A stretch of DNA of 64,000 nt, from positions 1,488,001-1,552,000 of the forward strand of contig JAUFOQ010000013.1 in the NCBI GenBank assembly GCA_040285855.1, read 5' to 3'. Source of the DNA: Eukaryota sp. GEM-RC1. Its lineage: Eukaryota. Below, piece by piece: positions 25,237 to 38,449 of the stretch; position 1 is the stretch's first letter; each line of letters begins with the position of its first letter. The notes under the pieces are model-generated. The model did not search any database, was not told where the DNA came from, and was given only the letters and a program-made list of their open reading frames with translations. The translations under genes and the position numbers were made by a program.

Positions 25237-26417
25237 CAGTGTTATAAATCTTCAGAAATGCGTCAAATGCACGCATTTAGCGCCTTTGACGTCTTTTACG
25301 CATTTGGGATTTTGTGATCTTGCGCATTTTGACTATGAGATTTTTTTGTCCTTCTGTAAAGTCTCCACAAACAATAACAGGGATGTTGATCTCAAAACAG
25401 TGTTTTGCAGTACCTCCTTTGTTGGACAAATGCAAAGTTGTATTGTATCCAATTCAATGAAGATTCTGTTGATATCACAATGTGAATTGGTATAAAATCT
25501 GTGAAGTTAGTGGGATTCAACCAAAACTTTTGATCAAAAGTCTGTTTTACTTATATTTACGAACAATGTAAATCGATACAAAACCATAAACGGTTAATAT
25601 CGTATAAAATACTGTATAAATATAAATTGTGTAAGCAGTATGGAAAGAATTTTAATGAAAGTTACTGGAGAGGAAGGTTGTCGTTTTCCCTTTTCAAAGC
25701 ATTGTTTAGGTATTTTGATTCAATTTTTGAACCGTCTCTTTGCATTGAGACATGAATTTGAGATGATATAGAGGTATTGGTCTCTCATTTGTTAATATTG
25801 ATGATAGTTTGTATTTGTAAGAGTAAATAAAAGGCGTTTTAAATACTGAATGAAATATGGTTTAAAAGACCATTTATTAAGACACCAACGTCCACTGTTT
25901 GACCTTAAAGTTGAAACACATGTTCTGTATAGAGTATGTGATCAACAGTAACAGTTGTTTAATGAGATTGGTCAATGAGAAGAGGATGTGCGTTTTCGAG
26001 CTCTCAACTCAGCTTAAAGACTTTCAACAAGTTCTGAACACAGTTTTGAACAAGAAAACATTACGTCGTCCCCGGTACAAAATATTGTTTCAAACTATTA
26101 GTTCCAATGACGAACTGGTGGACACAATTACGACAATGAACTGTAGCTTCTGATACAACAGAACCTTTGGAAGGAGGTTGGTATACAATTGTAGCGTGAT
26201 GCCAATGATGTGGGATTTTGATACATCTCGAAACGGGCATGGAATATAGAGAATTACGAGTACATGTATCAGTATGACGAAAAAGATTTTTATTTATGGG
26301 CTGTCTCAAGTTCGAAATCAAAATGCGCACGTAAAATGCGCGCATCTGGCACATTTTGACCCATTTCATTTTTTGGAAAAAGTGCGCATTTGACAACACT
26401 GGTATTTGACAACACTG
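25237..26417. mobile_element. Non-autonomous hAT element with a nested retrotransposon 3' fragment
   Basis: TIR CAGTGTTATAAAT / ATTTGACAACACTG (right TIR locally duplicated); perfect 8-bp TSD GTATTAAG at 25229-25236 and 26418-26425; AAATGCG subterminal repeats. Confidence 0.88.
25624..25830 (+). mobile_element. Family C retrotransposon 3' end nested in the hAT element
   Basis: Near-identical to 24280-24460 (aaattgtgtaagcagtatgg..gagacatgaatttgagatg). Confidence 0.8.
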
Positions 26418-27323
26418 GTATTAAGTATTTATTATTGGGTTTTGAACATGATCCGTAATAGTTGTCGTACATCAATTCCTGACCTAGATTATTCGATTGT
26501 AGATAAAACTAGTCCAATAAATAGAAATTTTGATGGTGTCGGGTAATCATATCGGAAGTTGGATCCGGATGGCAAGATAGTTTAGTATTATCTAAACTAA
26601 TTAACTCACTATTTGCAAAGAGAAAAATTAGCAATTATGATCGATCAACAGCTAATATATAGTAAGAAAATATTTATGTTATTTAATTCGTAATATCATA
26701 AACACTGTACATCAGGATCTGATTCGGGTTTTTTGTGTGTAACTGTTTAATTGTTCAAACAAATTGCGTCAATATCATGTGTTTTGCAACTGTAGTTAGA
26801 ACTGATATTTGATGTTGCGCTTGCTGTACGCCTTGGATAATTCAAAACTATTTAATTTTATTGAATCATCACGGTTACTTCTTTATGTGGTCTCTGAATA
26901 GTTTCGTTCTCAAGTGACAGTTATAAATGGGTTTATAGTCAGAGATCAGATTAACGTTTTGAAAAAAGCGCTTCTCTTTCAGGTGTTTTGTACAAAATAC
27001 ATACATGTATTTTCATCTTAACTAAGAGTTTGTAAATTACAATATCATACGTCAAATATAAGTAGCTGGCATTCACTTGACAATTTCTGAATCAAATTTG
27101 ATCAAGTTCGATATTTGAGTTGTTAATTGATGAAATTTTAACTATACTTAAAATTAGTCCTGTTAAAAACACGGATCAGGACAATTCAATCCATCGAGTT
27201 TCTGTTTTCAAATACACAAAATTGCATTGATATACACAATCAACTGAAAAAGAACAATTTAAAAATTCAAAAACTTTTAATGGATTTATACTAATTCCTA
27301 CCAGTTAAAAGGCCATATAAATA

Positions 27324-28487
27324 TCATTGAAGAATTCTAGTTACAGTAGAATTAACTTTCAAGGCATCAGCTAGAGCTGCTGCACCTTCAGCTCCAATAG
27401 AATTTGCTTGTAAATAAATCCAAGTAACTGAAGTATTGACTTTCAATGCTTTTGCCAATGCAATCGCACCATGAGGACCAATTAAATTCTTGTGCAAATA
27501 AAATCTTTTCAATGTAGAATTAACCTTCAATGCATCAGCCAATGCTCGAGTACCTTCAACTCCAATAGAGTTTGCTGCTAAATTAATTTCTCTAACTGAA
27601 GTATTAACTTTCAATGCTTTTGCCAATGTCATAGCACCTTGAGGACCAATTGAATTCATTGCTAGATTGATTTCCTGAATACTAGAATTGACCTTCAAAG
27701 CTTCAGCCAATGCTTCAGCGCCTTCTCTGCCAATCGAGTTACGACCAAGATTAACCAAAGTAACAGTGGAATTAACTTTCAAAGCATTGAATAATGCTAC
27801 AGCAACTTCAACACCAATAGAACAACCTACTAGATTTAGTTCAGAAATCGTCGAATTTACTTTCAATACCTCCGCCAAGGACAAGATAACAGAGGGATCC
27901 ACAGATGCGTCTACTCTCTTAAGTTGGGGAAAGTAGTAAGGGGAAGAAGAATTGAGGAAGTCTAGGTCATCATCACAGTCACGTCTGATCTCTACTCCTG
28001 TAATTAAATGAGAAAATCCAAGAATATCTTCAACTTCAAAGGAATCGTCAACATGTAAGAAAACAGATGACACAGCTGCTTGAAAGAGGGAAGCGATGGA
28101 AGTAAGTTGAGGAAGATCTTCAGGCACCATAGGAAACGTTGTAGTTTTAAAAAACACATTGGTTGATTGTTGTATGGATTCACTGAAACGGTGACTGACT
28201 TGGCTAACCGTTTGGAAGAATACGGGCAAATCATGTATCAAGTGTTTGAAAGGTCTACCAGGGGAACCGACATCCGACTCTAGAGAAGACTGTAAGCGAC
28301 GTTTAAGCCATCGTGTGATTACAAAGATTAATAAGGACTTTTTTAGGTAAATTGGTATGAATTTTGGATGATTTAAAGATGTGGATTGTGTACCAAAATC
28401 TGGTTCTAGCAAGGAAGTAGAAGTAGATGATGTCTTAGGAACATTATCAATAAGAGAATGGATACATTGGTCTGTTACTTTATCCAT
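27324..28487 (-). CDS. RI/NLRC3-like 28-aa LRR protein with a family-specific N-terminal domain
   Basis: Repeats of ALKVNS(T/S)V..I.L..NSIG.EGA.ALA; N-terminus homologous to the 36590 and 55980 paralogs. Confidence 0.85.
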   Translation of the reverse strand: MDKVTDQCIHSLIDNVPKTSSTSTSLLEPDFGTQSTSLNHPKFIPIYLKKSLLIFVITRWLKRRLQSSLESDVGSPGRPFKHLIHDLPVFFQTVSQVSHRFSESIQQSTNVFFKTTTFPMVPEDLPQLTSIASLFQAAVSSVFLHVDDSFEVEDILGFSHLITGVEIRRDCDDDLDFLNSSSPYYFPQLKRVDASVDPSVILSLAEVLKVNSTISELNLVGCSIGVEVAVALFNALKVNSTVTLVNLGRNSIGREGAEALAEALKVNSSIQEINLAMNSIGPQGAMTLAKALKVNTSVREINLAANSIGVEGTRALADALKVNSTLKRFYLHKNLIGPHGAIALAKALKVNTSVTWIYLQANSIGAEGAAALADALKVNSTVTRILQ

Positions 28488-28536
28488 CAAGGCGGGGAGA
28501 CTATGAAGTTGACCATTTTGTTAATCAGTTGTCACA

Positions 28537-29262
28537 ATGTTACCTCCACCAGCTTTTCACACACCTCAACAGCAAATGTATCCACCTCAACAGCAAATGC
28601 CTCAACCAGGAATGCATGCTGCCTCGGGATTCCAGCCAATGCCTCAACCAGGAATGCATTCTGCCTCGGGATTCCAGCCAATGGGCATGCAACAAATGGC
28701 CAGCCACTTGAGTGGATTCGCCCAGACTATGTATCAGAATCAATTCGCTCCATCCCAACAGGCTATGCAAAACACCCAATTCAAGTTCTACCAAATTGAT
28801 ACCGACAGATCTGGTGGTATTGGCTGGGCGGAAATCAAACAAGCCTTCGGTAACAGCATTGACGATGCTGCTATCAGAATGCTTCTCAATTTGTTTGATG
28901 CAAATCGCTCAGGTGAGATCCATATGTCTGAGTTTGTGTTCCTTGATCATTTCATTGAAACTATTCGCCAAGCTTATTCCAATTTCAGCCGTGGAGGACC
29001 TGCTATTTCTGGCTTTGACTTCCCTCAATTCATTCAAGCCGCTCTTCCCGGAATTGCTGCTCAAGTATCTCCTCAAACTCTCCAATTCGCCATGAGTTGC
29101 TTTGACAAGAGACGTTCTAACAGTATCAACTATCCTGAAGCAGTGAAAATTTGCGTCCTCATTGCAGCAACACGCCATGAGTTTGGAAAAGTTGCAAACG
29201 GAGGCCCTTCGGCTATGATGAACCTTGACCAATTGATTCGTCTTGTAGCATCCACCCATTAA
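28537..29262 (+). CDS. Penta-EF-hand protein (peflin/ALG-2/sorcin-like) with Pro/Gln/Met-rich N-terminus
   Basis: DTDRSGGIGWAE, DANRSGEIHMSE, DKRRSNSINYPE; a 42-nt tandem duplication in the N-terminal coding region. Confidence 0.88.
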   Translation: MLPPPAFHTPQQQMYPPQQQMPQPGMHAASGFQPMPQPGMHSASGFQPMGMQQMASHLSGFAQTMYQNQFAPSQQAMQNTQFKFYQIDTDRSGGIGWAEIKQAFGNSIDDAAIRMLLNLFDANRSGEIHMSEFVFLDHFIETIRQAYSNFSRGGPAISGFDFPQFIQAALPGIAAQVSPQTLQFAMSCFDKRRSNSINYPEAVKICVLIAATRHEFGKVANGGPSAMMNLDQLIRLVASTH

Positions 29263-29369
29263 TTCATTTGTAAAAATTTTTGTTGATAAATATACGTTGT
29301 TACTACCTTATTGTGGTTGTCATATGGTCCATCATGAGTTTTCGAAGAGAAGGTTTTCAAAAGCAGATG

Positions 29370-30210
29370 AGTATTTGGAACAAAAACACCAAAATAAACA
29401 CAAATACTAAAACTCAATATCATTAAAGCAACAATCATTGCCATTAAAACTCACATCAGCTTTTTCTTCATAAAAAACACTGAGAGCTAATAGAGCTTTT
29501 GAAATCATGATAGGAATTGTTTTAAATATTGTAAAAACAATACGATTCAACCAAAATTTGAAATCAAATTTCTTGTTCATTCTTTTTTTGACCACTTTCT
29601 CAAAATCAGAGAGAAAACAAAGAGCATCTCGACCAAGTCGACCATAAATTGAAATCGCAAAAGGACATAATTTGTACTCAACATGTCTAATATGTTTGAG
29701 AGCAGTCAATGGTTCATCATATTTGTTTCTCTTGTATTGTTCTGAAGAATTCAGTGGAGAAACTTCATTTTTAGCATCCTTGAATGCACTTTTTTTGCAA
29801 ACATCCACAGTAATAACATCAACAACGGTTAGTTCATCATTGACTGATAGAACTATAACATCAGCTCTTCTTTTACCAAAAGACTTATCAGAATCACTAT
29901 TTTTTAAATTATTGATTTCCACTGATCTCAACAATGGCTCAACAAAAGATTCGATTTTGTAGGACTTACACATGTCATGAATTTGATCTCTGACAGCATC
30001 ATGAATACAAGTTCTATAAGTAATGAAACGATTACAACTCAAAAGGTGAGAAAAAGTAACTAATTTTGCACATTTACATTGAAGATCATTGGGTAATTTA
30101 GAGGGCCACAAGAAACATCGAAGTCTGAATGTTGTAGTCCATTGATAATCATTCAACAACAAACCATAAATCTGAGGAATTTGGTTAATCAAAGCAATGA
30201 ATATTTGTGA
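29370..30210 (-). mobile_element. 5'-truncated RLE non-LTR retrotransposon, family A, with open zinc-knuckle plus endonuclease ORF
   Basis: CKC..SHLLSC..IHDAVRD..VEP..RRADV..VDVITVD..EQYKRNKY..PFAISIYGRLG. No RT core is present. Confidence 0.88.
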
Positions 30211-30546
30211 ATTGTGTTCTTGGTCCATCTTCTCAACGTCAATGATCTCGTCGTTGAAGTAATACGGATTTATGTACTGAGTAAGTATCCAACAAGATTC
30301 TGCCCTTAGAATATCATAAGGATGTACTATTAAACGAACGAAGTTGTCAAATTGTTGCATTGTTAAACTCAACTCATAAAATGTTTGTCTTTTGAAACTA
30401 CACAAACAAAGTATTGACAGAGCCGTACACCACACAGGATTGGCAATGTGGGAAAGACAACATTAAGACTGAACAAGAATACTTGAAAATTTATGGTACC
30501 AAAATTAATACAAAGGCCGTAAAAAATACAAAGAAAAATACATTTC

Positions 30547-33500
30547 CTATTGTACGATCTTTTGGAACATCATATAAGTTACTGTAAGTCCACCACTGAT
30601 GTTGATAGTAGCAGCGGAGGCGGCAATGATAGCCAAAACATTAGCAACTACAACGTCACTTCCAACCAAACTCATGGCTCCCAAAATGACAATTCCAGAA
30701 ATTCCATTACTCAAAGACATAAGAGGAGAATGAAGGTTAGCAGGAACGGACCAAATAATAAAGAATCCAACAATGGAAGCAAGGACAAGAACCAAAAGCA
30801 TTTCTAACAAAATGAAGTTCTTAGGAGTAATGAGAGCCATTGCGAAAATGACAGCTGACAAAATGACCATAAGAGTGAATTTGGTAGCGCTAGTCATGGG
30901 TTTTGCTTCCTTCTTCTCAACAATTTCCACATCCTTAACTGGAGCAGAAGGTTTCTTGGAAACTTGAATAGGTGGATGAGAAAGTTGTTCACCGTTACGC
31001 AATAAAGTGGAGTTACGGACAACAACATCTTGTTCAAAGAGTTCATCAGTGTAAAAGGTTGCTTTACTTCCCTTTCCAAATTCTTCCAAAAGATTGACAA
31101 TGTTCTGACCAAACATTTGAGATGATTGAGTAGGCATTCTTGCGGGTAAGTTGGTGTAACCAATAATGGTAACATTGTTATTACCAACAGTAATTACTTC
31201 ACCTGGTTTGGTTAAAGTACAATTACCACCAGAAAGAGCACCCAAATCGACAATGACAGATCCGGGTTTCATAACGGCAACCATGTCCTCAAAGATAAGT
31301 TCAATTCGTTTTCCAGGAACAGCGGCAGTGGTAACAACGATATCGCATTTCTTACACATTTCAAGAGTCATTTCACGTTGAGCGGCCTTTTCACGTTCGC
31401 CAAGTTCTTTAGCATAACCACCAACACCAGATCCATCAATATCAATCTTAGGCTTGACAAATTTGGCACCAAGAGATTCGATTTCATCAGCAATTGGACG
31501 GGTATCAAAAGCGTATACCTCGGCACCAAGAGAGTTCAATAAACCAATACTGGCAAGACCAGCAACACCTGCACCAATAACGTAAGCCTTGACAGGTGGG
31601 AACTTTCCAGAAGCAGTAACCTCAGCGTTTAAGAAACGACCAATAACATTGGTTGCTTCAACAACACCTCTGAAACCAGCAGCTTTAGCTTGAGAAGACA
31701 AAACATCCATCTTCTGAGATCTAGAGATTCTTGGGATCTGTTCGAGAGCAGTAACAGTGAGCTTCTTCGCGTTCATCTTGTTGATGATTTCTTTATGGAA
31801 CTGGGGCATAACCAATGAAATAACATGTTGTCCTTCTCTCATCATTTCAACTTCTTCAAGAGTGGGAATATTGACCTTAATGATGACGTCAGCTTGTTCA
31901 ATGACACTTTGAGCATCGTTTGCAATGAAAGCGGCCTTAGCTTCATAGAGATCATCAGTGAACTTAGCACTATCTCCAGCTCCTGATTGAATAACAACCT
32001 TGAATCCCATCTTACGGAGACTGTGCGCGGCTTTAGGATCAACAGCAACTCGAGCTTCGTTTTCGAGAGTTTCCTTAAGGATGCCAACAGTAACATGATC
32101 TGCAAGCAATTCGGGGAGAGCTTCTTCCTCTTCAACAGTAACTGAAACAGTCATTTCAGTGTTTGCAGAGACATTGGACTTGGGAACGTCATTGAGTTTG
32201 GATTGAATAGCACCAAGAGATTCACGTGCATCTCCTAATACAGTTCTGCAGTTCTCCTTGACCAAGAGAGTAAGTGGTTCACCTGAATATCCAGAGTCGA
32301 GTCTCTTTGAACGCTTGAGAACATAAGCCTTTTTGCAATGATGGACGGGGCAAATAGGCATTCCAGCAATGTTAGAGTCCTTGGATTCTTGAGCAATGGG
32401 ATTGATTGTATCGGCACAACCAATGGCAATGGCAACGTCATAGGTTTCAAATTGACCCTTGAGCTCATCCAAATCAAAGATGAGTTCATAAGGGATGCTG
32501 TTTTCGGCAAGAATGACTGCCATATGACCAGGCATACGACCAGCAACGGGATGAACGCAGAAGTGAACAACAATACCACGGCTTTGTAGATCCTTCATGA
32601 TTTCAGCAACAATTGGTCCTCCTCTACTTTGAGCAAGTCCAAATCCAGGAACAAACAACACTTTCTTGGCATCAAGGCAAGCATCTACCAAATCCTTGGG
32701 AGAAGCGATTTGTACTTGAGAAGCATCGTAGTCGTGTTTAGCGGCAACTTTCATCTTTCCACCGAAAATAACAGCAGTCAGGGGACGATTCATAGCAACG
32801 GCCATGGCTTGACTCAAAATGATTCCGGAAGATCCAACTAGAATACCAACAATTACTAATGCGTTATATCCAGTAAGCATACCACAGAAGGCTCCACTCC
32901 ATCCACTGAGGGAGTTGAGAACACTGATGAGAACAGGGGAATCGGCACCACCAACAGCTAAACTCTAAAGTAAGACACAGATCAAAAGGTACAAACCATA
33001 ATGATACCAATAACAAAGGCAATGGCAGTGATGATGAGTAGATAAACGAGACCAATATCATCGGTGACTTGAGGATCTTCTAGATAGAACAAAACGGACA
33101 GAACAATGGTAGCGACAAGGAGAGCTATATTGAAAGTCCTGGAAAAGGGTCCAGACAGAGTCTTTTTGACCCAACCTTGAAGTTTCGAAGCAGCAATTAA
33201 ACTACCGGAAAAGGTCAAGGTTCCTAGAACCAGAGTGACAATAACAATGATCTTGTCAAAAGCATCATCTTCAACATCCTTGTTCATAAAGGAAGAAAAG
33301 GTAGCCAAAGCTGCGGAAACACCGCCAAAACTGTTGAAAATAGCAACCATTTGAGGCAATGATTCGAAGGAGATAGCACGGGCAAAGATAAAACCAACCA
33401 AACTTCCCAGAACAATAACAATGGATAGAGGAACGGTTCCCTCAACATTATCCTGAGTAAAGGCGGTAACAACAGCAATCAACTAGAATAAGACAGTCGC

Positions 33501-33636
33501 GAGACGAACAAACCAATCCTGTGGACGCAAATGCGACAGATGATTTAGAACCTTTAACTGTTTTGAGGCATGACAAAGAGACCACAAAAAATAGAGAGGC
33601 TAGGAACTCTGCTGCGAGTACAATATTGGTTTCCAT
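30547..33636 (-). CDS. NNT: Proton-translocating NAD(P) transhydrogenase, beta-alpha fusion (1008 aa, two introns)
   Basis: Beta motifs PQMVAIFNSFGG, GGADFP..LNSLSGW and HPVAGRMPGHM, then alpha motifs RISRSQKMDVLSS, GAGVAGL, GGYAKE and LHSPLMSLSNGISG. Introns 33513-33483 (31 nt) and 32996-32965 (32 nt), both GTTTGT..TAG, restore the frame. Confidence 0.95.
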
Positions 33637-34376
33637 GTTAAATGGGGAGAATAGTGAAGATCGGACGGTTCTGGCGAAGTTAACATTCTATCACGTTCAG
33701 TTCATCATCGTTTATTTTGGTCAATTATGAGACATAATTTTGAGCTTTTCACAATTCTTCGTCTTCTTATGTTCTGACATGCATCCGATTTGAATTCGAA
33801 AACTTTCGGTCATGCTCTGAGGGGTAATGAGATCAAGATATAGGATAACATTCAGCAGTTGCAGATGTACAAAAGTAAGTTTTATGATTACTTTCTAGTT
33901 ATTCAGGGAAAGCTGCATCTGATGAAGAAATCTCCAGACAGACAAACATTGAAACGGTTTAAAAGATCGATTGAGAAAGTTCATTAAGGATGAACCTTTG
34001 AGGACTGATCGTCAGGCGATTTGAATTTTACAGATTCTCAAAAACTTGCCTTCCGACTTGAGTTTTAACAGGTCGATCCACTTTCTTCTATTTACATCAA
34101 AAGCAAGTTATGGTATTGCACAGGTTCACGAATGTCAAATCGAGAATAAAAATGCAGATCCATACACTCCAGTAACTATATCAGACTCGATCACTGTATC
34201 AATGCATTTTTACTCTGTTGTAGTGTATCTGACATTTGAGACGATGTATTGTACTTATATGTAATTCATTCGGTAACGTACAGACTTAAAAGTATTGCGT
34301 TTCATGAATAATACACAGGTGAATTTATACAGTTGACTAATATTGTCTAGGTGACAAGTCTCAACAAAATCCCCAT

Positions 34377-35072
34377 TCATTCATGTTTAACCGTTTTCGT
34401 CTCAAATGATATATAAACGTGTAACAAGTCCTGATGAGTATATCTGTAGTTGAAGTGAAGCAAGGAGGCAATGTACAAGTGTTCAAAAACACTGAATACA
34501 ACAGATCGATGTTTGTGTAGAAAAGGAAACCGACTGTTTAGCAGAAGCTGCAGAACAAACGGTAGCATTGTTGAGAAGAGAAACCAGTTATGAAGAACTC
34601 TTGATGTTCGAGACTCAGTGTTCTTATGGTGAGAGATACGTAATGTGGTGAGAAAAGACGCAAGTGAGGAAGACAGAAAGAACACGACTGTAACAACAAA
34701 GTGCAGGGGATAATAGTGGTCAATGGCGGCCAGAGCTCCCAATGATAATCCAAGAACTGTACTCAGCACAAATTCAAAGCGAGAAATAGAGTCAGTAGAT
34801 CGTGTTTTTGGAAGATAAACTGAGTAGTGAATGATACACGTTGCGAACCACGCCACCCCAGAGATTGCTAAGAAGAAGCTGAAGAAGAATCGCTCACACT
34901 TTCCTCCTCCTCCTATTGTTGAAAGTGTGGTAAAGAGAGGAAGGCCTCTAGAGTAAACCCGTGTCAGTATGTGAGGACATAGACATGCAATGATGGAAGT
35001 CCATATAGCTAACTACAATCAGACATAGAAAGCTGATTAACATACAAGGCAAACATGACTTGCTCTAAACAT
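34377..35072 (-). CDS. Frag1/DRAM/Sfk1-like multi-pass membrane protein (220 aa)
   Basis: ATG 35072; 33-nt GTATGT..TAG intron 35045-35013; LP..TLSTIG..CERFFF and LHF..FF; several hydrophobic helices; C-terminal FE. Confidence 0.6.
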
Positions 35073-36589
35073 ATCTAAAACTGTTATGGAAAAGAAAGAG
35101 AAATATTGACTGCATTAGCAGAGTTCGTAAAACGATTGTTGAATAAGAGATGTACCAAGACAGCTTGTAAAGAACAGAGAATAACACAAAGTTCAGTGCA
35201 CGCATAGCTGAAGTGCCCATGTAAGTTACGTTAGACCTCCAGGAAAAACTGAGACCAATACTGGAGAACACTGTAACTAGATGGAAGTTACATGTCAGAT
35301 ACAGTTTTCAATGATTCAGTTAAATATTGTGCACGAGAATCTGCGTGTTTCAAATCTTGTATATATCTGAACTTGAAAACTGATATCGATACAATATTGT
35401 ATTTGATTGTAATAAACCGTCTCCTTGTAAAGGACGGTTTTCAATGCTTCCCAGACCATATGTTTGAAATTGTTTCAATCGGTTTGTCTAATCTTCATTG
35501 CGTCATACAAAACTGAAATTGATCCTTTATATATGTATATACAATTAGGTTATTTACTCCAAAATTTGGAGTCCAAATGGTATCTGTTGGGGTACAGAAT
35601 GATAACATCTTGTAGATGAAATGCAGCATGCTTGTCAATCAACAATCATAGTCATACAAACTGCTGGTGACAAGGAGAGTTCATCTTAAAACCCAGAATA
35701 TAATAGAGGAGAAAGAAGCAGAAACTGACATTTGGATCAATTACCCTATGTGGAAAAGGAAATGTCGATGAATCTGATGAGGATCGTGAACTTTGTTCGT
35801 CAACACAACGACATGTCGTTTTTAGACAGCCCTAGGATGAAATCGTTTGGATTTAGTCTTAGTATTATTTATATGTTTGCAAAAATTCTAATTTATGTAA
35901 CAAGATTATCTTCTTGGGAACCGAATAGAGTCGAAGAATATTGTAGCTCTGTTAGTTGCAGACCCTTTTTCAAGAGTGAGAATTAAACATTTTGAAACTA
36001 TTTCTAAACCACGCAACTCTCATTGGCCAGTGTATCACTCATAGTGGTATTGCAAGAGCCTTGGCCGCACATTTAAGAAGATTTATGCCGAACCATTGAT
36101 TACAAACACTTTTAATTGTACTTTAGATATCATTCGATGGAACAGAAAACGGATAAAACACACGTTATGTAAGAAAATTGAGTCAGTTCAGTTCCCTCTA
36201 TTCATGCTCATCTAATTAACTTGAAATTTAATGTCATGTGAGATTAAAGATTGTGATTGTTGTACAATTGATACCTTAATATGGATGAAAGAATGTAAAT
36301 GTGTTTATTTTTAAAATAATTTGACAACATAACTATACTGATACCTTTGGCTAACACAATTACAGATTTAATAACCCACATCATTATTCAACAGATGAAA
36401 CAACAAAACAGAAACCTAAATGAAGAAGATGCTATCAAAATAAATTATTAAATGAACTACCCAATTCTGACAAGTACCAAGCAGTTACAGTTGTATAGAA
36501 GCCCTGGGTAAATCTTATCGAATGCAAGAGTAGTACTTGAGGTGAAGGCATTTCAAATGGTATCAGAAACTCGTTTAGTTTAAAAAGAA

Positions 36590-38032
36590 TTATAATGTGT
36601 TTACTCCTAATAAAGTGACTTTACTATTAACCTCTAAGGCCTTAGACAACGCTCTAACTCCCTCAGCTCCAATAGAGTTGTGACTCAGATCAAGACTTTT
36701 TAGTATATCATTGACCTTCAACATCTCTGCCAACGCTGTGGCACCTTGAGTTTCAATGGAATTTACACCCAAATTGATAGTTGTTACTGAAGTATTGACC
36801 TTCAACGCGTCTGCCAATGCCATAGCTCCTTCGTCATATATGAAACCCTGACATAGATTAATATGAGTCACTACATCATTTACTTTCAACGCATCTGCCA
36901 ATTTCCTAGCACCTTCAACTCCAATACGATTGAAATTCAGATCCACACTTGTCACGGTGTTATTGACTTTCAAAGCATCTGCTAATGCCGTAGTACCTTC
37001 ATCGCTTATAGAATTTCCACCCAGGCTGATAGTCATCAGTTTACTATTAACTTTTAACGATTCTGCCAATTTTTCAGCTCCTTCAACTCCGATAGAGTTA
37101 AAGTTCAGATCAATACTTGACAATGTACTATTAACTTTCAACGCTTCTGTCAATGAAATGGCACCTTCATCTCCTATAGAATTTCCACCCAGATTGATAT
37201 TTGTCACTGTGTCATTAACTAATAATGCCTCTGCCAACGCTCTAGCTCCTTCAAACCCAATACAGTTTGATCTCAAATTAACTCTCATAAGTGTTCCATT
37301 AACTTTTAAGGCTTCTGCCAATGCTCTAGCACCTTCAAACCCGATAGAGTTATACCCAAGATCAATACTCGTAACTGTAGTGTTAACTTTCAACAAATCG
37401 ATTAATAACATAGAAATAGAAGGATGGCCATGCACATGAAGCTGCTTAAGACGTGGAAAGAACAAAGAAGACTTGTTCAGAAACTCCAAGTCATTACGAT
37501 GTACTAAATCCACCATTAATCCAGAAATTAATGCTGAATGGCTCAGAAATTCTTCAGCTTTAAAAGTACCGTTGACGTGTAGCAAAACAGAACGTACATC
37601 TGCTTTAAAGAAAGAAGCAAATGAATGTAGTTGAGGAAGATCTTCAGGTACCGCATGGAACGTGTTTGTTTGGAAAAACACCTTAACTGTTGCAAGAGTT
37701 GATTCAAAGAAATGATGGCTCACACAACCAATTTTTGTCAAGAAAACGGGCAGTTCTTGCATCACAAAACGTAGAGTAAGACTAGTATGACCATGACTCA
37801 CTTCAAGAAACCGTCGTAAAAGACGATTCAGAAAATGGAGGTTTACTAGAATCAACAAAGACTGCTGAAGATGGAAGTGCATAAACGATGATGACGAAGG
37901 GTATAGTACATCAGAGGTAGTTTGGGAGAAAGAGATACCAGAAGATGTGACATTGCAGCAAACGTCACTTTCAGTATTGGATAAAGTATCATTTGATGAA
38001 GGGTGTTTCAGTGGATGGTCATGGGAGCTCAT
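36590..38032 (-). CDS. RI/NLRC3-like LRR protein, same family as 27324 and 55980
   Basis: Intact 480-aa ORF with about 9 ALKVN..NSIG.EGA repeats. Confidence 0.9.
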   Translation of the reverse strand: MSSHDHPLKHPSSNDTLSNTESDVCCNVTSSGISFSQTTSDVLYPSSSSFMHFHLQQSLLILVNLHFLNRLLRRFLEVSHGHTSLTLRFVMQELPVFLTKIGCVSHHFFESTLATVKVFFQTNTFHAVPEDLPQLHSFASFFKADVRSVLLHVNGTFKAEEFLSHSALISGLMVDLVHRNDLEFLNKSSLFFPRLKQLHVHGHPSISMLLIDLLKVNTTVTSIDLGYNSIGFEGARALAEALKVNGTLMRVNLRSNCIGFEGARALAEALLVNDTVTNINLGGNSIGDEGAISLTEALKVNSTLSSIDLNFNSIGVEGAEKLAESLKVNSKLMTISLGGNSISDEGTTALADALKVNNTVTSVDLNFNRIGVEGARKLADALKVNDVVTHINLCQGFIYDEGAMALADALKVNTSVTTINLGVNSIETQGATALAEMLKVNDILKSLDLSHNSIGAEGVRALSKALEVNSKVTLLGVNTL

Positions 38033-38449
38033 CACAAGAAGTTGATCTGGATTGTTTGCTACTACTAGTAGTAGTGTTTTAATTTCAATGCCACCTCAAC
38101 ACGTTACTGTAGATTTTGTTGGTGGGTTATACTGTTAATGCAAGCTTTCAGTGATTCCAGTTTCTACTCCTTCTCAACAATTAGTCTGATTCCTACCAAT
38201 TATGTATTTAGGAGGTGTGAAGAATTTTGTGTCTCAATTTTTGAAATGTTTTCAGTGGATGGAATTACTCCACAAAATTCCACTAAAAGGCGGTGGATCA
38301 AATCCGCTAAAGATCTGACATCATCTTTGTCCCCTGAAATCTAAATTCTCTTCTCGCTTAAAATACTTTATCTAATACTTTATCTCTTCCATTGCAGTAT
38401 GTTAATTGAAAAACTGAATTGACTGAGGAGTTTGAACTCTTGGACTTTA

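Noticed and set aside
25899..26475. Short ORFs repeated at 25.9-26.5 kb and 51.3-51.8 kb as a gene family
   Set aside because: They lie within a duplicated non-autonomous hAT element, and their frames differ between copies.
36930..37439. Antisense ORFs over LRR, NNT, H4 and array genes (for example 27688, 36930, 55996, 14724, 39424)
   Set aside because: These are shadow ORFs caused by the codon bias of the real gene on the opposite strand.
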